Shown: positions 9,912-19,058 of the stretch, in pieces | How the letters are laid out: each line of letters opens with the position of its first letter | How positions within the stretch are numbered: the first letter of the stretch is position 1 | Assembly (NCBI GenBank): GCA_963783305.1 | Contig: CAWAMW010000002.1 | Span: 256,001 to 320,000, forward strand | DNA from: an uncultured Gemmatimonadales bacterium | Lineage (GTDB): Bacteria > Gemmatimonadota > Gemmatimonadetes > Longimicrobiales > RSA9 | Direction: 5' to 3' | Length of the DNA stretch: 64,000 nt | Made by a program: the position numbers and the translations under genes | The notes under the pieces: model-generated | Told to the model about the DNA's origin: nothing | Database searches by the model: none | Seen by the model: the letters and a program-made list of their open reading frames with translations, nothing else

Positions 9912-12560
9912 ATGTCCCGACCGCGCACCGACCTCTCCGACTACCACCGCAAACGCTCCTTCGACCGCACCCCCGAGCCGGGCGGCGGCGGAGTGGGCCG
10001 CAGCGAGGCGGTCGGCGGAACCTCGGGATCCGATGGTCTCTTCGTCGTCCAGAAGCACGCGGCCACGCGCACCCATTACGACCTTCGCCTCGAGCTCGAC
10101 GGCGTGCTGAAGTCCTGGGCCGTGCCGAAGACGCCGTCGTACGATCAGGCGGACAAGAGGGTGGCGATCATGGTGGAGGACCACCCGGTGGAGTACGCGC
10201 GCTTCGAGGGTGTGATCCCATCCGGCAACTACGGTGCGGGCCCGGTGATCGTATGGGACCGGGGCCTCTGGATCCCGCTGGAGGATCCCCACGAGGGATT
10301 CGAGAAAGGCAAGCTCCTGTTCGAGCTGCGCGGCTACAAGCTGCGCGGACGCTGGACGCTGGTGAAGATCCGGGACCGGGACAGCGACGCGGATAATACG
10401 TGGCTTTTGATCAAGGAGCGGGACCCGCTGGAAGGGCCGGGTCGCGACATCCCCAATGGCTCCATCCTGTCCGGCCTGACCGTGGAGCAGCTGGGGGAGG
10501 GTTACGACCCCGCGGACGACGTGCGCGCCGCCCTCGCCGCGCTCGAGGATGGAGCGATCGAGATCCCCACGTGGATCGGCGACCCGGCCTCGCTCCGACC
10601 CATGCTCGCCGAACCCCGGAAGCGGGCGTTCGACCGCGACGGCTGGGTCTTCGAGCTCAAGTACGATGGCTACAGGATCATCGCGACGGTGCGAGAGGGC
10701 GCTGCGGCGCTGTTCACGCGGAACGGAAACGACATCACGACCTCGTTTCCCGACGTGGTTGCAGCCCTCGAAGCCCTGCCGTTCAGCGATTTCGTGGGGG
10801 ACGGTGAGGTGGTGGTGCATGATGATCAGGGGCTGCCGAACTTTCAGCGGCTCCAGAAGCGCGCGCGGCTGAGCCGCCCCCTCGACATCCACCACGCGAC
10901 CACTACTCTGCCGGCCACCCTCTACCTCTTCGATCTGCTCGCGTTCGAAGACCACGACCTCCGGCCGCTCCACCTCCTCCACCGGAAGGACCTCCTCCGA
11001 CGCATCGTCCCGCCGGCCGGCGCGCTCCGCTACTCCGAACACGTACCGGACCGCGGCGCCGAACTCTACCAGCGCGTCGTCGCCATGGGGCTCGAGGGGG
11101 TCGTGGCGAAGAGGGCCGACTCGCCCTACCGCGCCGGCCGCTCCAGCGACTGGCTCAAGGTCCGGGCGGATCTCGTGGACGATTTCGTGGTGGTCGGCTG
11201 GACCGATCCCGCCGGCGGCCGCACGGGCTTCGGCGCGCTGCACCTGGCCGCATACCACCATGGCACCCTCACCTACGCCGGGCGCGCCGGCAGCGGCTTC
11301 AGCGATGATCAGCTGGCCGCAACCCACACGGTCCTGCTCCAGGCGGAGACGACGGAGGCGGCCGCCACCGGCTCCCCCACCGGCCGCGGCCACCACTGGG
11401 TTGACCCCATACGGGCAGGGCTGGTAGCGGAGGTCCGCTACAAGGAATGGACGGAGGAAGGCAACCTGCGCCAGCCCGTGTTCCTCCGGTTCCGGGACGA
11501 CAAGACGCTCGCCGAGTGCGTGAAGCGGGCTCCCGCCGACGATCTTCCGCTTCCAGCCAGGGGGCCGGGAGGGGCCGAGCACGGTCCCGCCCAGGGCGCC
11601 GCGCCCGCCGGTGAGGCCGCTCCCGCGGCCGGCCGAGTACGGCGCGAGGTACGCATCACCAACCCGACCAAGGTCTTCTGGCCCGATTCGGGATACACCA
11701 AGGGCGACCTGGTGGAGTACTACGACGCCATCGCCGACTGGCTCCTGCCGTACCTCCGCGACCGGCCGCTGGTACTCACGCGATTCCCGGACGGCATCCA
11801 CGGCAAGTCATTCTACCAGAAGGATATGCCGGAATGGGCACCCGACTGGATCCGCACCGAGACCGTGTGGAGTGACGGTTCGGAGCGGGAGCTGCGCTAC
11901 GTCATCTGCGACAACGTGGAGACGCTTCTGTGGGTGGCCAATTCCGCGTCGATCCCCCTCCACGTGTGGCACAGCCACATTGGCTCGCTGGAGACCCCCG
12001 ACTGGTGCGTGCTCGACCTGGATCCCAAGGATGCACCGTTCGACGACGTGATCCAGGTGGCGCGGGCGCTGCACGAGCTCTGCGAGGACATCACGCTCCC
12101 GCACTACGTAAAGACGAGCGGGTCCTCCGGCCTCCACGTGCTCATCCCCCTCGGCCGAGCGTTCACCCACGAGCAGAGCCGGACGCTGGGGCACCTCCTC
12201 TCGCAGGTGGTGGTGGCCGAGCGGCCGGATATCGCTACGGTGGAGCGCGTCATCGATCGCCGGGGCGGCCGCGTCTACCTGGACTACCTCCAGAACGGTC
12301 ACGGAAAGCTGATCGCCGCGCCCTTCAGCGCCCGCCCCAGGCCCGGCGCGCCGGTATCGGCGCCGCTCCACTGGGACGAGGTCCGCCACGGGCTCACGAT
12401 CCTCGATTTCACCATCAGCAGCGCGCCGGCGCGGATGCAGGATCTGGGAGAGGACCCCATGCGCCCGGCACTCCATGAGAAGCCCGACCTGCCGGCGTCG
12501 CTCCGCCGGCTCCAGGACCGTCTGTCGAGTGCCCCCCGCAAGCCGGAGCCGAGCTCATGA
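9912..12560 (+). CDS. ligD: DNA ligase D (phosphoesterase-ligase-polymerase order)
   Basis: PE domain FVVQKHAATRTHYDLRLE. Ligase ELKYDG, EGVVAK, WLKV. Polymerase LDLDP, KTSGSSGLH, YLDYLQN. Confidence 0.96.
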   Translation: MSRPRTDLSDYHRKRSFDRTPEPGGGGVGRSEAVGGTSGSDGLFVVQKHAATRTHYDLRLELDGVLKSWAVPKTPSYDQADKRVAIMVEDHPVEYARFEGVIPSGNYGAGPVIVWDRGLWIPLEDPHEGFEKGKLLFELRGYKLRGRWTLVKIRDRDSDADNTWLLIKERDPLEGPGRDIPNGSILSGLTVEQLGEGYDPADDVRAALAALEDGAIEIPTWIGDPASLRPMLAEPRKRAFDRDGWVFELKYDGYRIIATVREGAAALFTRNGNDITTSFPDVVAALEALPFSDFVGDGEVVVHDDQGLPNFQRLQKRARLSRPLDIHHATTTLPATLYLFDLLAFEDHDLRPLHLLHRKDLLRRIVPPAGALRYSEHVPDRGAELYQRVVAMGLEGVVAKRADSPYRAGRSSDWLKVRADLVDDFVVVGWTDPAGGRTGFGALHLAAYHHGTLTYAGRAGSGFSDDQLAATHTVLLQAETTEAAATGSPTGRGHHWVDPIRAGLVAEVRYKEWTEEGNLRQPVFLRFRDDKTLAECVKRAPADDLPLPARGPGGAEHGPAQGAAPAGEAAPAAGRVRREVRITNPTKVFWPDSGYTKGDLVEYYDAIADWLLPYLRDRPLVLTRFPDGIHGKSFYQKDMPEWAPDWIRTETVWSDGSERELRYVICDNVETLLWVANSASIPLHVWHSHIGSLETPDWCVLDLDPKDAPFDDVIQVARALHELCEDITLPHYVKTSGSSGLHVLIPLGRAFTHEQSRTLGHLLSQVVVAERPDIATVERVIDRRGGRVYLDYLQNGHGKLIAAPFSARPRPGAPVSAPLHWDEVRHGLTILDFTISSAPARMQDLGEDPMRPALHEKPDLPASLRRLQDRLSSAPRKPEPSS

Positions 12561-13261
12561 CCGACCGCACGCGCGAGATCGCCATCGAAGTGCCCGAGTC
12601 AGGCCGGGTGAGTGGGCTGCTCCGGCGGGCTCCAGCCACGAGAGCGGTCCTGGTGCTGGGCCATGGCGCTGGGGCCGGGATGCGCCACGCCTTCATGGAA
12701 GCCGTGGCCGACCTGCTCGCCGATCGTGGCATCGCAACGCTCCGCTACCAGTTCCCGTACATGGAGGCCGGCGGGCGGCGGCCCGACCGCGCGCCCGTGG
12801 CCCACGCCACCGTGCAGGCCGCCGTCGCCGCCGGCGTCCGCCTGGCCGCGGAGCTCTCCGGGGCGGGTGCCCCCCTTCCCGTCCTCGCCGGCGGGAAGTC
12901 GTTCGGAGGCCGGATGACATCCGGGGCCGCCGCGGAGTCGCCGCTCACGGGTGTGCAGGGCCTCGTCTTCCTCGGGTTCCCCCTCCACCCCGCCGGCCGC
13001 CCCGGCACCGACCGCGCCGGCCACCTCGCCGCCGTGGGTGTACCCATGTTCTTCGTGCAGGGCACCCGCGACCGCCTGGCCGATCTGGACCTGCTCAGAC
13101 CGGTGCTCGCGGACCTGGGCCCCCGCGCCACCCTGCACGTGGTAGAGGGTGCGGATCACTCGTTCCACGTCCTGAAACGCTCGGGCCGCACCGATGCCGG
13201 GGCGCTGCTCGAGCTCGCAGACGCCGTGGAGCGGTGGAGCAGGGGTGTGGGTCGGTCCTGA
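12557..13261 (+). CDS. Alpha/beta hydrolase (KANL3/Tex30-like)
   Basis: HGAGAGM, nucleophile elbow GGKSFGGRM, GFPLHP, QGTRD, GADHSF. Start overlaps the ligD stop. Confidence 0.88.
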   Translation: MTDRTREIAIEVPESGRVSGLLRRAPATRAVLVLGHGAGAGMRHAFMEAVADLLADRGIATLRYQFPYMEAGGRRPDRAPVAHATVQAAVAAGVRLAAELSGAGAPLPVLAGGKSFGGRMTSGAAAESPLTGVQGLVFLGFPLHPAGRPGTDRAGHLAAVGVPMFFVQGTRDRLADLDLLRPVLADLGPRATLHVVEGADHSFHVLKRSGRTDAGALLELADAVERWSRGVGRS

Positions 13262-13270
13262 GCCCCGCCG

Positions 13271-13963
13271 TCACACCTGGAGAAAACGCGCGGCCAGTCG
13301 CGGCCCGGTGCCCTCGTCCTCGTGCTTGAAGAAAACATAGGCCTCCCGCCACTTCTGGCTCCCCACGCGCTCCGCCCACGCCTCCACTTCTCCCACGTCG
13401 TAGTGGACCTTCCGCAGCCGCAGGTAACCCCAGTCGGCGGTGGCGACCAGCGGCGTCTCCTCGTCCTCCGTCTGCGCGATGACCAGCGCGGCGCAGTGTT
13501 CGGAGAGGGTGGCGTACACGGCGTCGTCGAGCCAGGAGCCGTGCCGGAACTCGACCGCGACTCGCATCCCGTCGGGGGTGCCGGCGAGGAAGTCGCGGAG
13601 TCGCGGGATGTCCTTCTTGAGGTTGGGGGGCAGCTGGAGCAGGATCGGACCGAGGCGCGCGCCGAGGGTGGTTGCCTGGGACCAGAAGTGCTCCAGCGGC
13701 TCGAGGGCCTCGAGCTTCAGCCGCTTGAAGTGCGTGATCTGCCGGTTGGCCTTCAGCACGAACCGGAAGGATTCCGGCACCTCTCCGCACCACTGCTCGA
13801 GGACGCCGGCCGACGGCATGCGGTACCACGTGCTGTTGATCTCGACGGCATCGAAGCGACCGGCGTAGAAGCCGAGCATGGCATCCTTCGAGATATCGTC
13901 GGGGTAGAAGCTGCCCTTCCACTCCTTGTAGGAGAAGCCGCTGGTGCCCGCCCGGACGATCAC
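13271..13963 (-). CDS. DUF72 (YecE-like) protein
   Basis: GTSGFSYKEWKGSFYP, VEINSTWYRMP, LLQLPP, VEFRHGSW, YLRLR. GTG start inferred. Confidence 0.9.
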   Translation of the reverse strand: MIVRAGTSGFSYKEWKGSFYPDDISKDAMLGFYAGRFDAVEINSTWYRMPSAGVLEQWCGEVPESFRFVLKANRQITHFKRLKLEALEPLEHFWSQATTLGARLGPILLQLPPNLKKDIPRLRDFLAGTPDGMRVAVEFRHGSWLDDAVYATLSEHCAALVIAQTEDEETPLVATADWGYLRLRKVHYDVGEVEAWAERVGSQKWREAYVFFKHEDEGTGPRLAARFLQV

Positions 13964-13998
13964 AGGGGGCCGCCGCTGTCCCGCTCGTGCGATAGCAC

Positions 13999-15672
13999 CT
14001 AGTAAAACCGGTATCCGGGTGAGACCAGATCCGGTGGCAGGTGAGTGATGAAGAACGGGCCGTACGCCATGAGGATCAGGACGATCGCCACGATGACCCA
14101 GAACCACATGTGGTCCAGCCGGAGCTCCCAGCCGCTCCGGGCCGGGGCCGTCAGCGTCTCGGAGATGGGGATGTCCATCGGCTGCGCACCCTTCTTCCCC
14201 ACCAGCGCCGTCATCACGATCACCAGGAAGAACATCACCGCGCCGATCGTCATCAGCGTGCCTCCGATCCCCGTGAGAGCGCCCGCCAGGATCCACTCGC
14301 TCTTCTCCGCCGCGTAGGCCGACTCGGCCCAGAACGTCCGTCGCGGCATCCCCTCCAGGCCGCCGGAGATCATGCCACGGGCGAAGATCAGGACGCCCAC
14401 CGTATAGACCCACGACTGGGCGACGGCGATCCGGCGCCCCCAGAGCCCGCGACCGGTCAGGTACGGGATCAGCCAGTACGCGATCCCCATGAACGTCAGC
14501 GCCACGGCGCTGCCCACCGTCATGTGGAAGTGGCCGGGGATCCACGTGGTATTGTGGATCACCTGGTTCATCGTGTAGCTCGCGTTGATCAGACCGGTGA
14601 TCCCGCCGAACACGAACGTGAACATGGCCAGTACCTGCGCCGCCACCGACGGGTCGCCCCACGGCAGCTTCCGGATCCAGCCGAACAGTCCCGTCCCGCC
14701 CCGATGCCGACCGCCGATCTCCAGCGACGCCACCACGCTGAACGCCGTGGCCAGGCTCGGATAGAACACCCCGAACGTCAGGATGGCGTGGAAGGCCTTC
14801 ATCTTCGTGTCGATCCCGGGGTCCGTATACTGGTGGTGGAACCCGGTGGGAATGGACAGCAGGAGGAACAGGATGAAGACGACCCGGGTCAGCGAATCGC
14901 TGATCATCTTCCCCTCCACCTGCCGCGGGATCAGCGCGTACCAGGATACATACGCCGGCAGGAGCCAGGCATAGACGATGGCGTGCCCGGTCATCCAGAA
15001 GAGGGTCCGGTTGAACAGCGGGTCCACCCGCTCCAGGATGCCCAGCGACCATGGCAGCAGGAACCCGATGAACGACACCGCCACGCCGAACGACGCCAGG
15101 CACCACATGGCGTACGAAGCCACGGAGATGTGCGCGAGCAGCGGGATCCGCTCACCCGGGTGCTCCTTCTTCCAGCCCCGGAGCGTGATGAACATGTTGG
15201 CCGCGGCCACGTACGTGCTCACCACCAACAGGATCAGCCCCAGGTAGTACGTCCAGTGCGCCTGGAGCGGCGCGTAGGACGTGTACAGCACCGACGCCTG
15301 GTTGGACGCCACGGCGTAGATGACCAGGATGTTGGCCACCAGCAACAGCCAGAAGCTGCCGTGGATGAGCCCCCCGTTCAACGGCCGGTTCAGCGCCCGC
15401 GAGGTGAGCAGCGGGAGGAAGCCGTTGCTGAAGGCGAACGTCATGAACAGCACGTTCGCCACGCCGTGCGCTGTCAGCCCCTGGTAGTAGCCTCGGAGGC
15501 CCGGGAAATACGGGAGAATGTTGATCCCGGCGTAGCTCAGCGCCTGCGCGAGCCCATGGGCCACGCCCGCCGCCAGCGCGAAGTAGCCGATGTAGATGGT
15601 CCAGCGCAGCATGCGGCGGTGGCCGGCGGGGAAATCATACCCGGTCGGATCGTAAACGACGGCCGTGCTCAT
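13999..15672 (-). CDS. cbaA: Heme-copper oxidase subunit I, B-family (ba3-type)
   Basis: YYQGLTAHG, GHAIVY (His-Tyr), GFHHQY (CuB ligands), WIPGHFH, GMPRR. Confidence 0.93.
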   Translation of the reverse strand: MSTAVVYDPTGYDFPAGHRRMLRWTIYIGYFALAAGVAHGLAQALSYAGINILPYFPGLRGYYQGLTAHGVANVLFMTFAFSNGFLPLLTSRALNRPLNGGLIHGSFWLLLVANILVIYAVASNQASVLYTSYAPLQAHWTYYLGLILLVVSTYVAAANMFITLRGWKKEHPGERIPLLAHISVASYAMWCLASFGVAVSFIGFLLPWSLGILERVDPLFNRTLFWMTGHAIVYAWLLPAYVSWYALIPRQVEGKMISDSLTRVVFILFLLLSIPTGFHHQYTDPGIDTKMKAFHAILTFGVFYPSLATAFSVVASLEIGGRHRGGTGLFGWIRKLPWGDPSVAAQVLAMFTFVFGGITGLINASYTMNQVIHNTTWIPGHFHMTVGSAVALTFMGIAYWLIPYLTGRGLWGRRIAVAQSWVYTVGVLIFARGMISGGLEGMPRRTFWAESAYAAEKSEWILAGALTGIGGTLMTIGAVMFFLVIVMTALVGKKGAQPMDIPISETLTAPARSGWELRLDHMWFWVIVAIVLILMAYGPFFITHLPPDLVSPGYRFY

Positions 15673-16151
15673 CCCGCCACCTCCCCTTCCACGATGACCT
15701 TACCCCACATGTTGTGATGTCCAATCCCGCAGAACTCGTGGCAGATGATCAGGTACTCACCCGCCTCATCGAACGTGTACTCCACCCGCGCCACCTGCCC
15801 CGGCAGGAGCATGACGTTGAGCCGTGTCCCCTCGACGTGGAACCCGTGGATGACATCGGCGGACGTCATCAGAAACGTCACCTCCGCGCCCACCGGAACC
15901 CGCACCTCCCCCGGTGTGAACGACCACGCCTGCCCGAGCATCACCACCTCGTACTTCCCCGGCGCCGTCTCCCGCACGCCCGGGTTGTCGAACGGCGGGA
16001 TGGACCGGACCTGCAGCGGATCGATCCGCGCCACGTCGTCGGGCAGCGAGATCCCCATGGTGTAGGACGTGAGCGCCAGGGTGATCATGAAGACCACCAG
16101 CATGCCCGCCCCCACGTAGAGGAAGGCCTTCTCGTAGGTGTGGACTTTCAT
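15669..16151 (-). CDS. cbaB: ba3-type oxidase subunit II (CuA)
   Basis: Single TM, DVIHGF, CHEFCGIGHHNM CuA motif. Confidence 0.93.
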   Translation of the reverse strand: MKVHTYEKAFLYVGAGMLVVFMITLALTSYTMGISLPDDVARIDPLQVRSIPPFDNPGVRETAPGKYEVVMLGQAWSFTPGEVRVPVGAEVTFLMTSADVIHGFHVEGTRLNVMLLPGQVARVEYTFDEAGEYLIICHEFCGIGHHNMWGKVIVEGEVAG

Positions 16152-16155
16152 CGGC

Positions 16156-16323
16156 TCACCGGTTCAGCAGGGTGAAGTACATGATCCCCCACATGCCGGC
16201 GAGCGCCATGAGGAAGACGATCATGATGAACAGGGTGCCCGTGGTGGTGGGCTCCTCGTCCGGTGGCAGCTCGGAGGGGTCGAACTCGGCGTCGTGAGGG
16301 GGGCGCTCGGCGTCACCCTTCAT
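16156..16323 (-). CDS. cbaD: ba3 oxidase subunit IIa-like microprotein (55 aa, absent from ORF track)
   Basis: Manual translation MKGDAERPPHDAEFDPSELPPDEEPTTTGTLFIMIVFLMALAGMWGIMYFTLLNR. One TM ending W..MY..LL.R, directly upstream of subunit II. AGGAG RBS. Confidence 0.8.
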   Translation of the reverse strand: MKGDAERPPHDAEFDPSELPPDEEPTTTGTLFIMIVFLMALAGMWGIMYFTLLNR

Positions 16324-16359
16324 GGGGGGTCTCCTGGTTGTATTGGCTGGTGCGCGGCG

Positions 16360-16596
16360 TCAGCGGACGTCGATACGGCGGATGGCTCGGGACAGCATGC
16401 CGAGTAACAGCAGGAAGATCAAGAGGATTGCGAGCGTGCCCAGCAGGCGTGGGGTTTCGAAGCGCCCTGCCAGGAGCTCGTTGATCGTGGTCCACAGGTA
16501 GTACACCATGGGGGCACCCACCACCACGAACGACGCAATGAAGCCGATGAGCGCTCCGGTCCGGAGTCCCGGTTCCTGCGTATCCACCTCAGCCAT
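16360..16596 (-). CDS. Small two-TM membrane protein
   Basis: MAEVDTQEPGLRTGALIGFIASFVVVGAPMVYYLW...LAILLIFLLLLGML. GGAG RBS. Confidence 0.7.
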   Translation of the reverse strand: MAEVDTQEPGLRTGALIGFIASFVVVGAPMVYYLWTTINELLAGRFETPRLLGTLAILLIFLLLLGMLSRAIRRIDVR

Positions 16597-16647
16597 GCTG
16601 GCTCCCGGTCTGGGGGAATGGAAAACCGGTTCGACCATGGGTCAGGT

Positions 16648-17052
16648 TCAGGTCAACTCAGCTTCGGCCCTCCGGCCGGTCACCGCAACCCACTGCTCGC
16701 CGTCCAGGCGCAGCATGGTCCACACATTGATGGTGTCGCACGCGGGGCAGTGGGCGTGGGTGTCATCGATGATTTCGAGCTCCTGCACGCGCTCGCACGC
16801 TTCGCACACCGCCCGCACCGTCTCCAGCCGCTCCGGAGCCATACCGCTCCGGGCGAGACGCACGCCCATGACCACGCGGGGGAGCGCCGAGACCGCGCAC
16901 CGCTCTCCCGTGCACTGCGGTCCGAAGTCCAGGCAGACCATGTCCCCACCGTCCGGCAGCGTGGCGTGCCCACTGCCGTGCAGCGGCTGCGGCGTGACGG
17001 TGACCGTGACGTCGTGGTTGCACTTCGGACAGAACACCTTGCGCGATTCCAT
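16648..17052 (-). CDS. Cys-rich hypothetical protein (5-Cys domain plus zinc ribbon)
   Basis: MESRKVFCPKC...MVCL...CTGERC, then CEAC...CPAC. GAGGAGG RBS. Confidence 0.75.
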   Translation of the reverse strand: MESRKVFCPKCNHDVTVTVTPQPLHGSGHATLPDGGDMVCLDFGPQCTGERCAVSALPRVVMGVRLARSGMAPERLETVRAVCEACERVQELEIIDDTHAHCPACDTINVWTMLRLDGEQWVAVTGRRAEAELT

Positions 17053-17062
17053 GGCTTCCTCC

Positions 17063-17284
17063 TCAGGACTGGGTCCGGAGCCCGCTCTGGTCGAGGTTCT
17101 CCTCCATCTGCTTTGGCGGCACGCCGAACAGCGGGCAGAGCGCGCCCGTGCAGGTATCGCCATGAGCCAGGCAGACCATGGCCTCCCCGGGGATCGGCTC
17201 CCCCGGCTGGGGCTCATAGCCGGGCTTCAGGGTGACCTTGACCTCCCGATCGCAGGCCGAGCAGTAAGCGAGGTGCGTCTCCAT
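17063..17284 (-). CDS. Small Cys-rich hypothetical protein, paralog of the downstream gene's N-terminal domain
   Basis: YCSAC...MVCL...CTGALC. AGGAGG RBS. Confidence 0.75.
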   Translation of the reverse strand: METHLAYCSACDREVKVTLKPGYEPQPGEPIPGEAMVCLAHGDTCTGALCPLFGVPPKQMEENLDQSGLRTQS

Positions 17285-17302
17285 GATGCCTCCTGGTCTG
17301 GT

Positions 17303-18334
17303 CTAGGCAATGTGCAGGAGATCGGCGCTCCGGTCCACGCTCGCGATTACGCGGCGCGCACCCTCGTCGGTCTCCCCGAATACAGCCGTGCCGGCGGCAT
17401 CGGCCATCATGCAGCGGTCCGCGGCCACGGTGACGCTCCGCATGGCGCTCCGCCGGGGCTCACCCGTGCGCGGGTCCAGCAGATGGTGGTAGCGGCGACC
17501 CTCGTACTCGAAGTACTGCTCGTAGTCGCCGGACGTGGCGATCGCCCGATCACTGATCCGGAACGTCGCCGCCAGCTTCCCGGCGTCATCGGGATCGCGG
17601 ACGCCCACCTCCCACGCGTCCCCGTCCTCCGAGACCCCCAGGGCGTACAGGTCCCCGCCCACGTTCACCAAAGCGTTCTGCACGCCCCACTCCCGCAGCG
17701 CGGCCACCGCGCGGTCCACGCCGTAGCCTTTGGCGATGCCGCCCAGGTCCAGTGCCACATCCTCATCACGATAGACCACGACCGGCGAACCGGAATGCTC
17801 GCCGAGCTCCAGCTCCCGGTAGAGCGACGCGCCGGCGAAACGACGCAGCTCGCCGGCGGCGGGGGGGGCCGCGCGATGGCCCACGTCCCAGAGCTCGACC
17901 GCCCGGCCCAGTGTGGGGTCGAATGCGCCCTGGCTGGCCTCCGCCCAGACGAGCGCGGCGGACACCACCTCCGCGGTCGCGCCACTCACCGGCACCGGCC
18001 GCTGCGCCGCCTCACGGTTGGCGCGACCCACCTCGGAATGGTCGCTGAACCGGGTCATGGTGCGGTCCACGGTCCGGAGCTCGGCGATCGCCGCGCCAAT
18101 GGCGGCCTGCGCGTACCGCGGGTCCCGGTGGACCACGCCGATCTCGGCGATCGTACCCATCACCGGCACCACCCGCCGCACCAACCTGCGACCGGGCCGG
18201 ATCACTCCCGGCGTGGCCGCCACCACGAGCGCGCCCACACCCAGCGCCATGAACTCGCGACGGGACGGCCGACCACCGGCGACGCCGGGCTCGGAGGTCG
18301 GGTTCCGGGACTCGATATTCGGATTGCGATTCAT
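17303..18334 (-). CDS. apbE: FAD:protein FMN transferase with Tat signal
   Basis: SRREFMALG Tat motif, VMGT, FDPTLG, DLGGIAKGYGVD, ATSGDYEQ, HHLLDPRTG. Confidence 0.93.
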   Translation of the reverse strand: MNRNPNIESRNPTSEPGVAGGRPSRREFMALGVGALVVAATPGVIRPGRRLVRRVVPVMGTIAEIGVVHRDPRYAQAAIGAAIAELRTVDRTMTRFSDHSEVGRANREAAQRPVPVSGATAEVVSAALVWAEASQGAFDPTLGRAVELWDVGHRAAPPAAGELRRFAGASLYRELELGEHSGSPVVVYRDEDVALDLGGIAKGYGVDRAVAALREWGVQNALVNVGGDLYALGVSEDGDAWEVGVRDPDDAGKLAATFRISDRAIATSGDYEQYFEYEGRRYHHLLDPRTGEPRRSAMRSVTVAADRCMMADAAGTAVFGETDEGARRVIASVDRSADLLHIA

Positions 18335-18483
18335 TTTTCCTGCTCCGTGTACTTGCATGAGGCGCCACTGCACGAGCCGCAGCTGTCGCCGCCGCACTTC
18401 TGTTTCCGCGCCAGAACCGGCGCCATCAGCCCGAACGCACCGAAGAGCACCGCGAAACCGAGCACCGCCACCACCGTGCTCAC
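18331..18483 (-). CDS. NqrM-like/Cys-rich single-TM microprotein (50 aa)
   Basis: (V/M)STVVAVLGFAVLFGAFGLMAPVLARKQKCGGDSCGSCSGASCKYTEQEK. Overlaps the rnfA stop and the apbE start by 4 nt each. Confidence 0.7.
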   Translation of the reverse strand: MSTVVAVLGFAVLFGAFGLMAPVLARKQKCGGDSCGSCSGASCKYTEQEK

Positions 18484-19058
18484 GACGAGAACAGCCCGGC
18501 GAAGCCCATGAACGCCAGCGACAGGCTGCCGGCGATGATCAGGACCAGGCCCATGTTCCGCGCCACCGCGGGGAGGGCCGACAGCTCCGTGCGCTCTCGG
18601 ATCGACGCCATGAGCACGAGCGCCAGCGTGACGCCGAGGCCGGCGCCGATGGCGAACACGAGCCCCTCGAGGAACCCGTAGCCGCGGTTCGTCTGGAAGA
18701 TCGCCAGACCGAGGATCGCGCAGTTGGTCGTGATCAACGGCAGGAAGATGCCCAGCTCCCGGAAGAGCCCCGGGCTCACCTTCTTGATCGTGATCTCCAC
18801 GATCTGCACCAGCGATGCGATCACCACGATGAACGAGATCAGCCGCAGGTACGGCGCCGAGGGCAGCACGAAGCTGTTCAGGAACCACGCGGCGATGGCG
18901 GTCAGCACCATCACGAAGATGTTTGCGCCCCCCATCCGGAGCGCCGTGCTCACCCGCGCCGACACGCCCAGGAAGGGGCACAGCCCGAGGAAGAGCGCCA
19001 GCGTGAAGTTGTTGACCAGCAGCGCCGAGATGAAGATGAAGAACAGATCGCCGCCCAT
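18480..19058 (-). CDS. rnfA: Rnf electron transport complex subunit A
   Basis: LVNNFTLALFLGLCPFLGVS, LPLITTNCAILG, LSLAFMGF. Confidence 0.95.
   Translation of the reverse strand: MGGDLFFIFISALLVNNFTLALFLGLCPFLGVSARVSTALRMGGANIFVMVLTAIAAWFLNSFVLPSAPYLRLISFIVVIASLVQIVEITIKKVSPGLFRELGIFLPLITTNCAILGLAIFQTNRGYGFLEGLVFAIGAGLGVTLALVLMASIRERTELSALPAVARNMGLVLIIAGSLSLAFMGFAGLFSS

Noticed and set aside
13271..15106. Apparent 611-aa DUF72 fusion
   Set aside because: The upstream part is an alternative frame of cbaA. The recognisable DUF72 starts at about 13963.
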